Shown here: in pieces, positions 60,792 to 64,000 of the stretch
Position numbering within the stretch: the stretch's first letter is position 1
Layout: each line of letters opens with the position of its first letter
DNA from: Selaginella moellendorffii
Lineage: Eukaryota > Plantae > Lycopodiophyta
Length of the DNA: 64,000 nucleotides
Reading direction: 5' to 3'
Assembly: GCF_000143415.4 (NCBI RefSeq)
Contig: NW_003314368.1
Coordinates: forward strand, 20,792 to 84,791
Notes under the pieces: generated by a model
The model's database searches: none
Seen by the model: the letters and a program-made list of their open reading frames with translations, nothing else
Told to the model about the DNA's origin: nothing
Position numbers and translations under genes: made by a program

Positions 60792-61066
60792 ACCTAAAAC
60801 ATTAGTTTGGCTTCCACTAGCTTGTGTCACTCTTTGTTCTATGTCTAACTTGGGTCGAAGCCCAAACTCCATGCTACTCTAATCGATACCCTCCTCCTCA
60901 CGTTAGGCTACTAGTATGCTGAAATTGTGCCAAACACTGTCTAACACTATTTTGTATGCAAGTGTTGGATACGGGGAGCCAATGCTCATAGAATTGAGAG
61001 TGTACTACACCCTCATCTTGTAGTGCAACGGCCTTGAAGTTCAACTCTAAATTCAAGTGTGCTATA

Positions 61067-61460
61067 GTGATGCCTTTTGCAAAAACTCTATAAGGGTTTA
61101 AATATAGAAAAAAAAAGGCCCATAAATAAAAGTGCATCCCATTTTTTAATTAATTGGGATATTTAGGGTTAAGTGTCCTTGGATTTGAGTAGTATTGGGC
61201 TAGGTGACCTCATGGGAAGTTTGAATCAAAGAATTTACATTTGGTATCAGAGGGGTCTTGGGTTTGACTCTATTAGTTAGTTAAGTTGAGAGGAGCAAAT
61301 GCCACTAGTGAAATTGCTAAAAACATTATCGATCTCAAGCCTTTAAATGGAGCTGCATATATCTTTCTCTCAAACATGGGGAACTACACCATATATTGAG
61401 ATTGATATTTGGCAAGTCCAATTTGCCTCCAGTTGGGCTCGACCTAAGGGGTAAGTTGTC
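61067..61460 (+). mobile_element. Partial Cassandra (LTR to 61239, PBS, part of internal domain)
   Basis: 5S-like GGTTAAGTG..GAGTAGTATTGGGCTAGGTGACCTCATGGGAAGT, then TTTACA and TTTGGTATCAGAG. Confidence 0.8.
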
Positions 61461-63250
61461 AACTCAATCATGATATCCCCTATTACCAGAGAAGCCTCGT
61501 GTCCTAGCAAAAATGGACTCTTACATGTGGGTGCTAGTATGAAAAACACTATTCCATGAATTAGGACAAGTCAAAAAAAATGTTGCGTGATGGATATAGA
61601 CACTCCATCATCATAGATGCATAAAGAAAACCACATTGTATTGGGCAACTAATGGGGGATCTCACAAATAAAAGTGTTTCAAGTGTGGAGTATCATCCCA
61701 CTAGAGAAATTCTTCAAATGCTTATGATTCAATAATAGCGTGAGCAAGCAACATTGATCTTGGTTTAAGAAAATAATTGAAAGTACATATTCTCTATATG
61801 TTCTTCTCTCAGACTTCTAACAAGAGCTCTTGCAAAGATGGATGGCAAGTGGATAACAAAAGTCCATAATTTCATTTTAGACTCACCCAAATTTTGTTCA
61901 AGTGAATTAATATGGGTTTGGTGCAATTCACAAAGCCCCTTAAGATAGCCCTCTAGTGGACTGCAGTTGACACTAGCCCCCATCCTTTCAAAGAGTCCTT
62001 GCAACCCATTTTTTTATAATCTTATGTGATTGTTGTAGAATGTTTTTAGATAATTAATACAATTGTCATCTAAGTCTCAAAGCATATGAAAACAGGAATA
62101 TAGAATAAAATAGTTATATAGTTAACAACAAATGGTAAACCAAATATTCTAAAGATCCAGCAAAATACCCTTAGAATTGTTGTTCCACTTCACAAGAGAA
62201 CATATTGGATCCAATTTATGTGTCTAGAACTATGGAATATCCTTCATGGGCATCACTTTAGAGAATCATAAATTGATTAGTCCCCCATAACCATTTTCTT
62301 CATCAAACAATTGTTTGGCAAATAATGGTTTTTGTTTGCCTCGCTAGGAGGTATGGTAGTGCATCCATTTTCTTATGTCACATTAGGAGTATAAGCAAAG
62401 GAGTGGGGATAAGAATAGTGCACTGTAAGAAAAGTTCTATAAAGTCAATAAAGTCATGGGCATTCTTGGAGGAGCTCTAAAAACACTTTAAAACCCACCC
62501 TCAATTATGCCATACCAAGTGAGACACTAGAAATTTATAAATCATAGAACTAACATGAACTTCAACTAAAAAAATTCACTACTTTACAAAGTTATCTTCC
62601 AGCTTCTCTTTCTTTTATTCTATGACATTAATGCTCAATAAAGTCTAGATTCAAAAACTTGAGGTATTTTTCCTTCTTATTTCAAATGCCAAGACAAGTC
62701 TTTTTATCCCCATTAGTCATTTTGAGATTGAGAAGGTTTGAAAGAACTTTGAACATCCCTTTGTTTCATTTTGAAGATAGCTAAATTATTAGAGCGCAAG
62801 AGAAATGAACCTTATACCAAGATTTGAATCTTGCTCATATATTGAATTTGGATTCTATTTTCTCAATGTTTCCTTGAAACTAGAGATCCACTTGGACTAA
62901 AGTGCAACTTCCATCACAATGCAATAAATATAGTAAAAAAATTTCATAACACTCAGGATTTTCAAAAAACTCATCTAAAGAATCTTACATGGGATCATTT
63001 ACAGTGATATCTAGAATGGCATGGATGAATGGGATCATGATCCATAATGTGACCCATGCATGGCCCATTGGTGCATAGGATGGGTACATAAATATGAATG
63101 ATATGGATATTAGATACCAAATATATACCATTCCATGTGAAGAGGTGTGGGCATATTTTACAAAATGTCCAATAGGTATAAACCACGTGGCATAAGCATA
63201 GTAGGTGTCACGCTCCATCTAATCCGGAATAAAATACAATGGCCAAAACT

Positions 63251-63955
63251 TTAGCTCCTTGGTGCTCGAGACGTCACGTACGCGAGGATTTGCTCGTGCG
63301 ACATATCTCCCTTTTCAAGTAGGCCATTGATTAAAGTGTTTTGATACGCCACCGAAGGAGCCCGGGTGGGAAGCTCCCCACACTCGAAACGTTTTGCATC
63401 TCTTTGCGAGCACCTGGAGGAATGTAAAACATGCATTGCATACCACTGTGTAAAACAGAAGCACTTACGTGATTGTGAGAATCGGCGCTCCATTTTTGTC
63501 GCCAAGATATAAGACGCTGCCATACCACGCGTTCTACAACAAAAAACCAATAAAAACCATGCACAGTAACAAGAATCTACCTCAATGAAGTCCACAATAT
63601 GAGGTGAACTTTTCAGCGTCTCAAAGTGGGATGGAGAAACCAAGCCGCTAGCTGCCACTGAGTCGAGCCTGTTCTCTTGAGCGAGTATACCATTGAACTG
63701 TTCTAGCCTGCACACAAAGGAACGAACATCAGCCCAAAATGGATCGGGTAGTTTGCCGGACGTTATTTTGTATGCTCGGAGATGGCAATTGTCGCCATCA
63801 GATGGCACTGGATTCAGGAACGCAACGCCTCCATTGCCCCACGAAAGAGATCTCTCTCGTCCAAAAAATAGTCGATGTGGAGCTGACAGCCAAAAGTCTT
63901 CCAGCGGCGGAGTTTTTTCAAGTAGACCTTGTCCTGGCACTTCAATACCTTCGAC
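63251..63955 (-). CDS. 3' exons of a gene with the domain found C-terminally in plant HDA5-like proteins (GGCT-like); 5' part off window
   Basis: Exons 63955-63762, 63707-63581, 63533-63469 and 63413-63251 give PHRLFFGRERSLSWGNGGVAFL..YKITLEQFNGILAQEN..WYGSVLYLGDKNGAPILTITC..APSVAYQNTLINGLLE. Confidence 0.75.
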   Translation of the reverse strand, partial: VEGIEVPGQGLLEKTPPLEDFWLSAPHRLFFGRERSLSWGNGGVAFLNPVPSDGDNCHLRAYKITSGKLPDPFWADVRSFVCRLEQFNGILAQENRLDSVAASGLVSPSHFETLKSSPHIVDFIEVDSCYCAWFLLVFCCRTRGMAASYILATKMERRFSQSRKCFCFTQWYAMHVLHSSRCSQRDAKRFECGELPTRAPSVAYQNTLINGLLEKGDMSHEQILAYVTSRAPRS

Positions 63956-64000
63956 CTGCGAAGACAATGAGGAACCAGAAATCCAGAAGTAAGAAACACT

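Larger units (their letters stand above)
53159..61066 (+). mobile_element. Partial A-type LTR split by element B (53159-53506 and 60792-61066)
   Basis: LTR sequence continues across the ACCTA TSD and ends ...AAGTGTGCTATA. Confidence 0.8.

Overview
This is eukaryotic plant genomic DNA. The very short 47-70 nt introns, compact gene spacing and gene content suggest a compact-genome land plant such as Selaginella, but that is an inference. A gene island at about 17-27 kb holds two genes of unknown function, an intronless Crinkler/RHS-type P-loop+REase gene, PIG-V and GH3. The 3' end of a gene with an HDA5 C-terminal-like domain lies at the right edge. The rest is nested transposons: a complete but defective Ty3/gypsy chromovirus (34953-42410), a recently inserted non-autonomous relative with only a ghost of gag-pol (53507-60791), several older LTRs, a hAT element, 5S-rRNA-carrying Cassandra TRIMs and decayed relics. 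The most striking observation is that the chromovirus family keeps about 1.1 kb of 3'UTR plus U3 sequence, and a leader hairpin, that fold into many helices. Compensatory base changes between the autonomous and non-autonomous members point to a large conserved structured RNA. All pairings and homologies were read by eye and need computational confirmation.
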